Positions 51,674-60,930 of a stretch of DNA of 64,000 nt are shown piece after piece. Source of the DNA: Marsupella aquatica. Its lineage: Eukaryota > Plantae > Marchantiophyta. The stretch spans positions 17,625,437-17,689,436 of the forward strand of contig OZ316895.1 of NCBI GenBank assembly GCA_973895155.1, read 5' to 3'. The notes below the pieces were generated by a model. The model saw only the letters and a program-made list of their open reading frames with translations, was not told the DNA's origin and searched no databases. The translations under genes were made by a program, and so were the position numbers. Positions within the stretch are counted from its first letter, which is position 1, and each line of letters begins with the position of its first letter.

Positions 51674-54600
51674 TGTAGATAGGCAGTAATTCCAAAGTCA
51701 TGAAGAAAACCGGAAAATTTTTAAATTTTTGAAGTAGTTAAACTATATTTGCTGATAACTCGAGTAAACTAAACTCTGCCGAAGATTAAGAGTTTAAGAG
51801 TTGAAGAGTTGAAGTGTTTAAGAGTTTACGGGTTTACGAGTAAACCCTACTTTAATAGTTTAAGAGTTTAAGAGTTTAAGAGTTGAAGTGTTTAATAGTT
51901 TAAGAGTTTAAGGGTTTACGAGTAAACCCTACTTTAAGACTTTACGACTTTAAGAGTTGCGACTTGCGAACTGGCGAGCCCCGCGATTGTGACAGGCTAC
52001 GGCTAACTCCAACGGGACTTTGCAACAAAACGAGGAGCAGGCCTTGAAGGGGGAGGAATCCAGAACATAGGCGCTCACTCCTGACTTCTCTTCCGCTGCA
52101 TCTTTCATCGCTCTCGACTCCAAACAATTCTTCGCGTAGCTCAGTGAGCAGAATTTGAGCTATGGCTGACTTGAACGCTGATGCACAGTATCGTGTTCAA
52201 ACTCTGGCAATTCCTAAGAGTGTGGTCGCTCGAATTCCTTTGGCGCCCGACAGTTGTGAAAATTTGAGAACATCGTTACAGCAGCTCGGATTGGAACATC
52301 TACTCGCAATCCCTTGGAATGTGGAGCTCGACTCTTATTTACAGGATTTTGTGAGAGGATCACTGATTGCCCCTGAATTTCGACAAACCATTCGAGCTCG
52401 GCCAAGTTTATGGACAGTTGAGCAAGTAGCTCATGCCTTCCGCTGCCCCTTAGATGGAGAAGGATTATATTCAAAGAAAAAAGATTTGTCCACTCCTTAC
52501 TTTTCAGGGATTTGCCATCCTACCAATGGCTGGAATGTGACACAATGTACCTATCCGGATTTGAGGATTCTTTTAGAATTTCTAGTGCCCATTCTCCATC
52601 CGAAGAGACCAACTATCTGCCCTGTGGCATTGGCGAATACTATCGTAGCTTCTCACAGTGGAGCTATTCAAGTAAATTGGGCGTTGTTACTTTTCAATGT
52701 GATGCACGATCAGGTGAGAAGTATGAAGGCAGGCAGACCTACTTGTCTACAAGTCTATCTATCTCAGCTGTATCAAGCACATGACTGTTTACATCCGGAG
52801 GAGAAAACAGAAAGGGGATTACTTCTGATCGAGTTGGACATTGAGGAAGAAATTAGTGTAGCAGAATCAGAACAGGACATTCTGCTGAATTCCACTGATC
52901 AGGATGTTAATATGGAGGATGTCTCGATAGATGGTTCGGAATTTCCCCCTGAACACAACATGGAGGTCATTTTATACTCTCCAAGAGAAATCAGTGGAGC
53001 AGATCAACTTGAAGCTGAAGGAGACGAGATTTTTCCTGAGCAACAAGAAGTCGTTGTTGAACCAACTATTACTGCCATACGAGGAGTCACCATGCCCCCT
53101 TTTTCGAAAGCAGAGTCAAATCAGCAGCTTATTGATAAGTTAATCTCTCTCTTCGGTTGCAGTGATGTTGAACTCTACGATGTTGTCTGTGATTTGAGAT
53201 CCGAGGCAGTTAGCTTATCCTCTCCATTTCCAGATCAGCTAACCCCTGTCAGGACCGCTTCTCCCATTGAGAGGTCAGCACCAGAAGAATTTGTTGCTCT
53301 CACTCCTACTGTCCCACAGAATCTACCTCCAGAGCCAAGTGAACCTGTCTCAAGGATAGGAAACACAAGTTGTGTTGCAATTGTAACTGACCTACTGGAA
53401 TTGCTTCAGTGTGAACCTGAGGAGATAATCTCTGTGGTTAGTGACTTAATTCCGAAGTACACAGAATTCAAAGGCCCTTCCAACCCGGGTGACTGCATTT
53501 ATAGTCCAGATTCCAATTATGAGCCAACCGAGGGACCTATTTATACCCAACCACAGTATGAACATCCTTCTGTTAGACAGGATCTTCCTGAGGATTCTGA
53601 TCCACCCTCTGATTTTGATTCCATCCGATCTTATGACAACTCTGTCGAGTCGTCACCAAGGCAAGGATTTGAGGATGTTGACACTACCTTAAGATCTGAT
53701 CCAAATTTAGTGGCAGTTGTCACCTCCTCTACTCAAACACCCCGGTATTCTGTCATTGAGAAAAGATATACACGACATCCAGAGTCTCAAGTGCAGAGGT
53801 ACGTGGAGACTTGTAAGATAATGCAGGCCAACAGACCCCCAATTGGAGAGTTTTGGAGATACTACTACCTTAAGAAGACTGAGGCCAGTTACATATTTGA
53901 CCTCAGAAGTTTCGGAACTTCAAGAGTGGAGATGGCTCAATTTGATGAGTTCTGGGCTGACTCAATCTACTTCCGACCCATCCTTGCTATGATGCTACTT
54001 CAAGGGGATGTAGAAGTAGAAGATCCAGATTTGGTTTTGGCCTATTTCGGGAATTTTGCAGCTTACGCTCTGGACTTTGTGATTTCTTTTCTCATGCAGA
54101 GTAAGAAATCCACTTCTCACCAGAACTCTTACATCCCACGAGAGCCGAAGGTTGTCCTTGTTTCCACCAGTTCCCTAGCTGAGAAACAGAGGATCTGGAA
54201 TAATGTCACTACTCAGACCCTGGCTCATTTCAACCGATATTTTAAGGATGTCAGATGGAGACTTCGACCCTTCTATTCCAGGATGATGAATAGTGATGAG
54301 TTTCTGCATCACTATCCCCAAGTATATGCTGCCACCTGCAACAACTATGATGTACTAGGGATATACAGAGAAGCTCTTCGTATAAATTCCTGTTATTTGA
54401 TGAAGCGAATGCCTTTGATGTATCCTGAGAGACAACTAAGGTGCCTACCCTACTCTCGAGGATCACCACGTCAGACTGAGCTGATGGAGGTAACACAGAA
54501 TCGGACTGTCACCTACGTGGAGCTGCTCGAACCCGATGATATTCGACAACAAGCTTGAAGGAGACTATCTTTTTAGCTAGTATTGAAAAGTATAGTACTT

Positions 54601-55740
54601 TTACCAATTTTTCTAAATGTGTTGTAGAGCTTTAAAAGCTATGAGACTTCTTTAGGCTGTAGTCTGTACCTAGGAAACCCTGCTGGAAAAATTTCAGAGT
54701 TTTCCGAACCAGGAGTAGAAAGTTAAAAATAGTTGAATCTACTCAATTTTTAGTATACCGAAATTAAGAGTTTAAGAGTTTAAGTTTTTACGTTTTTAAG
54801 AGTTTAAGTTTTTAAGAGTTTAAGAGTTCATACTTAGCCATTTTTTCCGGCTTTCCACTTATTGAATCGTCGTTTTGACTTTTTGAGGGTTATGAAGAGG
54901 CATGTCTCTTCGACCCTGTGACCTCTTATTCTGTAGTTCATCACTATTTATACCTCTTCCCCTAGTGTAGAGAGATGGTTAAGTTTTGCAGTTTTGCCTC
55001 TCCCTTGTGTTAAACTAGTTGATCATGAATCTATGAGTTCGAGATCAGGTTTAACATTTGGAGAGACTTACCTCCTTCTTGTATTTTGGAACCCAAATAC
55101 TTGAAGTAAAACCTCAGTTATGAATCTCGTGAATTATAATGTCAGATTCCGCTTTGGTGACACATTGTAATCTCACAAGTTCTTAGAGTTAACTCATTGA
55201 GTTTAAGTTGCATTGGAAATGATGTTTTCACCTTCATGTTGTTTAGTACCATCTAAATGCTGAAGTATTTATCCTTTTAGATCTTGACTAAGTATCACTT
55301 AGGAAGAAAGGTCAAGACATGTTGCCGGCATTTTAAAAGGATACTCTAGTATGCAGTTTAGATCTGAAAAGCCGTGTGGATTTGGATTCCCTTTAAAGTC
55401 ATTCCATTATTACTTATGTCTAAGGAGTAACCTTGGTCTATTCCAGACTCCCTTAAGCATACTCTGAGAGATTTTTCCTTGTGTTTTGTTAATTGCAATC
55501 TTTTGCTTAATTGAAGGTTATCTGATGTTGAGTTATCATCAAAAACTACTCACCGCTGTGGAGCGATCTTCAAAGTACCTGATTAAAGTAGTCAAGATTG
55601 ATTACTATGTGTGACACAAGAGCTTAAAGCTTTGTTTTTAGTTTATTACATCAAACCAACCCCATCTTGTTCTTAAAGGGAACGAATACCGAGTTTAGAG
55701 ACTTTAAAATGTGATTTTTGGTTCTCTATGGCAAACTACA
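51674..55740 (+). repeat. Inferred 5' LTR, 4067 bp
   Basis: Starts TGTAG and ends CTACA (inverted termini), 9 nt before the PBS. TATA-like TATTTATA at 54945-54952. Confidence 0.7.
52162..54558 (+). CDS. 798-aa accessory protein in the gypsy LTR (N-terminal helical plant-transposon-protein-like domain, acidic/Pro-rich middle, helical C-terminus)
   Basis: Uninterrupted ATG-TGA ORF. N-terminal pattern 'LGL..LL..PW..FV..TIRARP..WT...A.AF..LLEFLVPILHP.RPT....ANTI....VNW...YL.QLY' recalls liverwort TE-associated proteins. Confidence 0.75.
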   Translation: MADLNADAQYRVQTLAIPKSVVARIPLAPDSCENLRTSLQQLGLEHLLAIPWNVELDSYLQDFVRGSLIAPEFRQTIRARPSLWTVEQVAHAFRCPLDGEGLYSKKKDLSTPYFSGICHPTNGWNVTQCTYPDLRILLEFLVPILHPKRPTICPVALANTIVASHSGAIQVNWALLLFNVMHDQVRSMKAGRPTCLQVYLSQLYQAHDCLHPEEKTERGLLLIELDIEEEISVAESEQDILLNSTDQDVNMEDVSIDGSEFPPEHNMEVILYSPREISGADQLEAEGDEIFPEQQEVVVEPTITAIRGVTMPPFSKAESNQQLIDKLISLFGCSDVELYDVVCDLRSEAVSLSSPFPDQLTPVRTASPIERSAPEEFVALTPTVPQNLPPEPSEPVSRIGNTSCVAIVTDLLELLQCEPEEIISVVSDLIPKYTEFKGPSNPGDCIYSPDSNYEPTEGPIYTQPQYEHPSVRQDLPEDSDPPSDFDSIRSYDNSVESSPRQGFEDVDTTLRSDPNLVAVVTSSTQTPRYSVIEKRYTRHPESQVQRYVETCKIMQANRPPIGEFWRYYYLKKTEASYIFDLRSFGTSRVEMAQFDEFWADSIYFRPILAMMLLQGDVEVEDPDLVLAYFGNFAAYALDFVISFLMQSKKSTSHQNSYIPREPKVVLVSTSSLAEKQRIWNNVTTQTLAHFNRYFKDVRWRLRPFYSRMMNSDEFLHHYPQVYAATCNNYDVLGIYREALRINSCYLMKRMPLMYPERQLRCLPYSRGSPRQTELMEVTQNRTVTYVELLEPDDIRQQA

Positions 55741-55862
55741 TGAGAATTTTGGCGTCGCTGCCGGGGAACAAATCAAGGATGGTTTGAAGTACAGGCAGTG
55801 AATGCCAAAAGGAGGTTAATTCAGTGAATCTGGAATAAACAAAAGAAAGGTGGAAGTTGACC

Positions 55863-56918
55863 ATGGAACCCCAAGGAGAATGGGAGTTCCCTCCATTACA
55901 AATTCGATCTTTCACAATGGAAAATGCACCAGAGGCATTTAGGGAGAGATTTGGAGGTGAAACTCCTCCCTCAATTTTGGAAAGAAAGAGAAAAGCTAAA
56001 GCCAAGAAGGAAAGACGAAATGGGGCTTAGTGGGGGAATATCCTTCCCAAGAAAGAGATGGTGAGGAAAAGCAGACCTCAGAAAAGAGAAAGAGCCTTGA
56101 TTAGGTCAAGGGATAATCAAACACACACGATTATCAGTGCCACTGCAAGAGAGAGAACAACTATTTTGAGAAGGCAGGTGTCCAACATCAGAGGAGGAAG
56201 CTACTTTTGGGGTGGCGAATTGGTGAAGGTTGACTCCTGGGACACCAATATTTTGTATGATTGTGTATTTGTTTTCAGAAGAGCCCTAGATGGAAGACTG
56301 GAATTGATTGAAGCCACTCAAGATGAGGAATTTGATGCCAATTTTATTCCCCCCTTACTAAAAGAACATGACATTAAGGAGGAAGTATTGGAGGAGGAAC
56401 TTGAACATCAATTAAGGGAAACGTTGGATAAGTTAAAAGGGAATCCATTGTGGAGAAACCAACTTGATTATGTTTTAACAGAGTTTTACCAGAATAATCC
56501 CAATTTAATACTTAGGGAGGAAAGACCAGTTATGACCTCCAATAGAAGAGAGTTGGTTGACACTTGTAAATGGCATGCCGGAAGTGGATGGGTTCCATTG
56601 AAATGGAAGGAGGCAACTACCCAAAGGACATCCTTTAAGTGGACCATCCCACTCCCTCACTGCTCTGAATTAACTGATGTAATGGTTTTTAAGAGAGTTT
56701 GGATTGATGATGAGGAATACAAGTTGCAGCCCATTAAGGAAGAACATGATTTAGAATTTTTAATAAGCAAGAAGGGGCAAATTAGTAACAGGGTTACTGA
56801 AGAAGAAGAACTAAGAATTAAGGAGGTGTTGGAAAAATTACACCTTGTTGAACACCCTTGGGTTGATACCCTGGACACTCTAGAAAATTTGTTAAACAAC
56901 TACCGGACCTCAGCATAA
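55863..56918 (+). CDS. Extra ORF between the PBS and gag (one in-frame TAG at 56028; intact part 56058-56918)
   Basis: ATG 55863 is in frame with ATG 56058. Basic N-terminus and two internally similar blocks (VFVFRR..EE.D..F..EEE....E.L.KL). Confidence 0.55.
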
Positions 56919-57690
56919 AAGAGGACAACAGAGGAGCGGATTTCCCCAAATTACAATCTTGATTTCAACTTTGAATAAGCAATTTGGTGAAATAATTGAA
57001 ATGCCTCCAATCAGGTCTTTAGGCACTTTGAGAGTAAGAAATTTGCATAATCGGTATGTTCAAACATGGGTACTGTCCCTAAGAGGACGAAGGGGTGTTC
57101 ATTGGTTATCTATTACCTGGTGGGAAGGAGGCATTTTGCATCTGGTTATTTTAAAGTTAAATGGTAGAATTACAGGAGAGGAGTATGTTATCATTTCTAT
57201 ACAAGAATTAGCTAGATCCTTGCTTCAAAGGCAAACTAGGAGACACAGATAACATTAGTTAGGTCAAGAAATTTGTTAAGTACACCTACTCTCCTAAAAA
57301 TGGGCGCTGCCGAGAACTGAAGGGACGGCATTACGAGTAAGCCTTTACGTTTTTTTTAGAGTTGAAGTTTTATGAGTAAACATACTCGAGTAAGGGTATA
57401 ATAGTTGACGACTTACGAGTTGCGAGTTGACGACTTACGAGTTGAAGGGCCGCGATGAACAGGCGCGCCACTTCAACACTTGACCACTCGCTGCGACTGT
57501 TGGGGCGTACACCCCCTGAGGGTTACGAGAAGAGGCGCCATCAAGGGCCACGACGGTGCGAAAGGGTGCCAGCGGGAGGAACAATGGAAGAACGCGACCC
57601 CTCCATGCAAACTTAGACTCCCAAAGGAAACCAGAGTCAGTCCCAAACCATTAACTCGCTCCTGAAGATTGCCGACTTTCAGGATGAGGA

Positions 57691-60600
57691 ATGTCTGATA
57701 AAGGGAAGCGAAGTTGGAGATTAAGACAAGAAGAAAAAGCAAGATCAGAAGCACCACCAACTCCCCTTAATCCTAGGGGACTATTGCCCGAATTCCAATC
57801 CCCAGATTACCCAACACCGGGAAATGTAGTAGAGCGAGTTACCCTCATCCAACGAAATGAAATAGAAGGAACAGTAGACAAGCCTGCAACAAGTCGACCA
57901 ACAATTTATAAATTACGCTCTAGGGATGTCCAATACATCTCACCTAAGCCTAAGAAGAAAGAAATTGACATAGCCAAACCACTGAGACGAACACAAAGCT
58001 TGGATGAATATGAGGGAACACCTGCGTTTCAGATAATTGGAACAGGAAAAACTACCAATACAAGGCATGAAAGCATAATTGAAGGAGGAATTCAGCAAAT
58101 TGAATCTTTAAAATTTAATTCTGACTCACCTTTACTTCAAAGAACGCCTATTGATGAATCTGTCAGATTAGCAGAGGCACTACCCTCGCTTGGTTATGGA
58201 AGTGCCAGCAGTAGCTTAAGTGCGATAAGCACTCCAAATTCCGTAAATTCAATTTCACCATTAACATCTCAAGGATCAGTCACCAGCACTAGCTCACAAT
58301 CTCTGAGAGCCTATCCTCCAATTAACCCAATTCCGGTTCCTATAAGACGACCTCAAATGGCTCGAAATAATATTCGATACGATACCTTTAAGGGAACATC
58401 TAAGGAGGATGCTGAGACTTTCCTCAAGGAATTTGAAGCTGCAGCCACCTCAAATGGGCAAACCCAGGACGCTGAAAAAGCCATGATTTTTGGAGGGTTA
58501 TTAAAAAAGAATGCTCAAAAATGGTATGATCGATTTCCAGATAAGAATGACTGGGGAAAAACCAAGACCGGTTTCTTGGACAAATATAAGGAGGATGGTG
58601 TTGAGGCAAGGGCTTTTGCTAGAATCTCTCAACTAACCATGAAGAAACATGGCTCAGTGAGAAAGTACGCAGATAAATTACTAGATCTAGTGGATAAATA
58701 TAATCCCAATACAGCCAAGTCCACCACGAGAGATTGGTTTATTAACGGGCTGCCCTCCCGAATTGCAAGGTATGTAAGACGAGAAGGTGGTACAACCTTT
58801 GAGGAAGCTCAGGAAGCAGCACAAAAATACGTGGACTCAGAAGTTTCTGAGAAGAAAAGAGTAAAAAAAGATTTGAAGAAGGGTAAGAGGAAGGATAAAA
58901 AGAAAAAGAAAAAGAAAAAGTCCTCTTCAAGCTCGGAGTCTGGTGATAGCGACACTACCACTACTGAAGGAACTAGTTCCGACTCGGGCTCCAGCAGTAG
59001 CTCAAGCTCCAGTCCAAGTTCTGACGATGCGGACACCAAGACCAAAAGGATGCATAAAAGCACAGTACCCCAGAAGGCCAAGACCCTGGATAAAATGATG
59101 GATTTCTTGACTAGTAAGTTGAATAAACTCTCTGTGAATGCCGCTATATTTAAACCAACTAGGAAACTCCCACCCACCATACGAAATAATGTGTGGTGTA
59201 CACGCTGTAATAACCAAGGACACTATCACCATGAGTGCCCCTCATTGCAACGAGCTGTCAATTATGGAGAAGAGGAAGAGTTATTAGACTATGGAGATAT
59301 CTATGCTGTCCAAGCACCGTTTGCAGGGCAATACTTTCCCCCTGCTGCGGGACCGACTTCATGGGCCCAACAAAAATCAGCAGGACCTTCCTCATTTAAT
59401 CGGCCTATACCAAGACCACCGATGGGACCTCCTGGAGGCTATCCACCCAGAGGAGCACCAAGAGTGCAAGGGACCTGCTATAATTGTGGTCAACCAGGGC
59501 ATTACTCACCAGAATGTCCGTACCCAAAACGAGAAGTAGGGTACACACCAATTTGTGGCAACTGTGGAAAGGAAGGTCATCTCCCTGTTGAATGCCCAAA
59601 CCCTCCGAAACCCAAGATGATGGTAAGATTTGCTAAAGAGCCTGTGAAGGAAGCACCCAGACCTGAAGAAGTAAGGATGGTATATAGCCAGGAGAATCTG
59701 GAGCAATGCAGTCATGTGACCATAGAAGCAGAAGCTGAGGAGGAGGTGCATAATATTTATACTCAAAGTCTATCAGGCACTATTCCGGATGTTGATTTGG
59801 AGCACTTAGTACAAGACCATGTTGTGGGAATGCCCAACCTACGGGTCCAAGAACGGGACCGTGTTTTGGAAACTTACGCCACTACCAGATCCAAGTCTCA
59901 TCATGAGAAGAAGCACGGTGAGGATGGTTCTAAGCGGAAGAAATCATCCAAACAGAAGAGCAAAACAAGGATACCGGCAAAGGAAGGTATCCCAAAAGAG
60001 GATGACCCAGCCTATGACAGGTATGACCCCAAGTACTTCCAGCCCGACATATCTACAGAGGTTAAAACTCAAATACATGAGTTAACCAAGGATGCACCCC
60101 TGCTAGTGGAACGGAAGGAAGTCCCTCCAGAGCTAAAAAAGCCTGAACCCAAGATGACCTTGGTACCAACACTCAAACCAAAGGGGTATGATATCGTGGA
60201 CGTTGTCAAGAGCCAACCTGCCAACATTACGATTGGGGAGCTATTAGAAGACAATCCCACTTATAAAAAGCAGTTAAGAACCTTGCTGACAGGAAGGAGG
60301 AAAAGAAGGAAACTACCTTCTGTGGAGGCCTTGAGACTAGAATGGGAAGATAAAGGACCTCCGGAAATTGAAGTTCAGATCATGGGGTGTGTAATACCCG
60401 AAGTACCAGTAGACGGAGGATCGAGTGTGAACATCATGACCGAGGAAACAGCATCCAACATTGGCATCCATAAGTTTGAAAAGACCTTACAAGTACTACG
60501 CATGGCCGATCAATCCAGAGTAGTGCCAGTAGGAAAACTTATTGGGATCGACACAATTATTGGGGGCCTGACTTTCCCCTTAGATTTTGTAGTTCTCCGA

Positions 60601-60900
60601 CCTGAAGTTCCCTCCTCCTATCCTTTGCTATTAGGGAGACCCTGGTTATATAAGGCCAAGGTCAAGGTTGATTGGCACCAACGACAGATGTCCTTTGGGA
60701 CACCCCGAGTCACTATCAGTTGGATGGATGAACCACATATGGGCGAAACCCAATCAGATGATGGGTACACTTCTGACTTCTCAGATTCTACTCTCCTTAT
60801 CAAAGCTCCCAAGTTTGAATCTCTAGAAGTCGGATATCTTGATATCATGGAGGTCGAGGGTGACACACCAAGTAAAGGGACTCTCCCACCAGTCTCCTGA
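57691..60900 (+). CDS. Gypsy gag-protease, 1069 aa, three CCHC knuckles
   Basis: Retrotransposon gag core, CTRCNNQGHYHHEC, CYNCGQPGHYSPEC, CGNCGKEGHLPVEC, and protease VDGGSSVN..LLGRPWL. Confidence 0.93.
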   Translation: MSDKGKRSWRLRQEEKARSEAPPTPLNPRGLLPEFQSPDYPTPGNVVERVTLIQRNEIEGTVDKPATSRPTIYKLRSRDVQYISPKPKKKEIDIAKPLRRTQSLDEYEGTPAFQIIGTGKTTNTRHESIIEGGIQQIESLKFNSDSPLLQRTPIDESVRLAEALPSLGYGSASSSLSAISTPNSVNSISPLTSQGSVTSTSSQSLRAYPPINPIPVPIRRPQMARNNIRYDTFKGTSKEDAETFLKEFEAAATSNGQTQDAEKAMIFGGLLKKNAQKWYDRFPDKNDWGKTKTGFLDKYKEDGVEARAFARISQLTMKKHGSVRKYADKLLDLVDKYNPNTAKSTTRDWFINGLPSRIARYVRREGGTTFEEAQEAAQKYVDSEVSEKKRVKKDLKKGKRKDKKKKKKKKSSSSSESGDSDTTTTEGTSSDSGSSSSSSSSPSSDDADTKTKRMHKSTVPQKAKTLDKMMDFLTSKLNKLSVNAAIFKPTRKLPPTIRNNVWCTRCNNQGHYHHECPSLQRAVNYGEEEELLDYGDIYAVQAPFAGQYFPPAAGPTSWAQQKSAGPSSFNRPIPRPPMGPPGGYPPRGAPRVQGTCYNCGQPGHYSPECPYPKREVGYTPICGNCGKEGHLPVECPNPPKPKMMVRFAKEPVKEAPRPEEVRMVYSQENLEQCSHVTIEAEAEEEVHNIYTQSLSGTIPDVDLEHLVQDHVVGMPNLRVQERDRVLETYATTRSKSHHEKKHGEDGSKRKKSSKQKSKTRIPAKEGIPKEDDPAYDRYDPKYFQPDISTEVKTQIHELTKDAPLLVERKEVPPELKKPEPKMTLVPTLKPKGYDIVDVVKSQPANITIGELLEDNPTYKKQLRTLLTGRRKRRKLPSVEALRLEWEDKGPPEIEVQIMGCVIPEVPVDGGSSVNIMTEETASNIGIHKFEKTLQVLRMADQSRVVPVGKLIGIDTIIGGLTFPLDFVVLRPEVPSSYPLLLGRPWLYKAKVKVDWHQRQMSFGTPRVTISWMDEPHMGETQSDDGYTSDFSDSTLLIKAPKFESLEVGYLDIMEVEGDTPSKGTLPPVS

Positions 60901-60930
60901 CATGAGGAGAGGGCAGAGGAAGACACCCGG

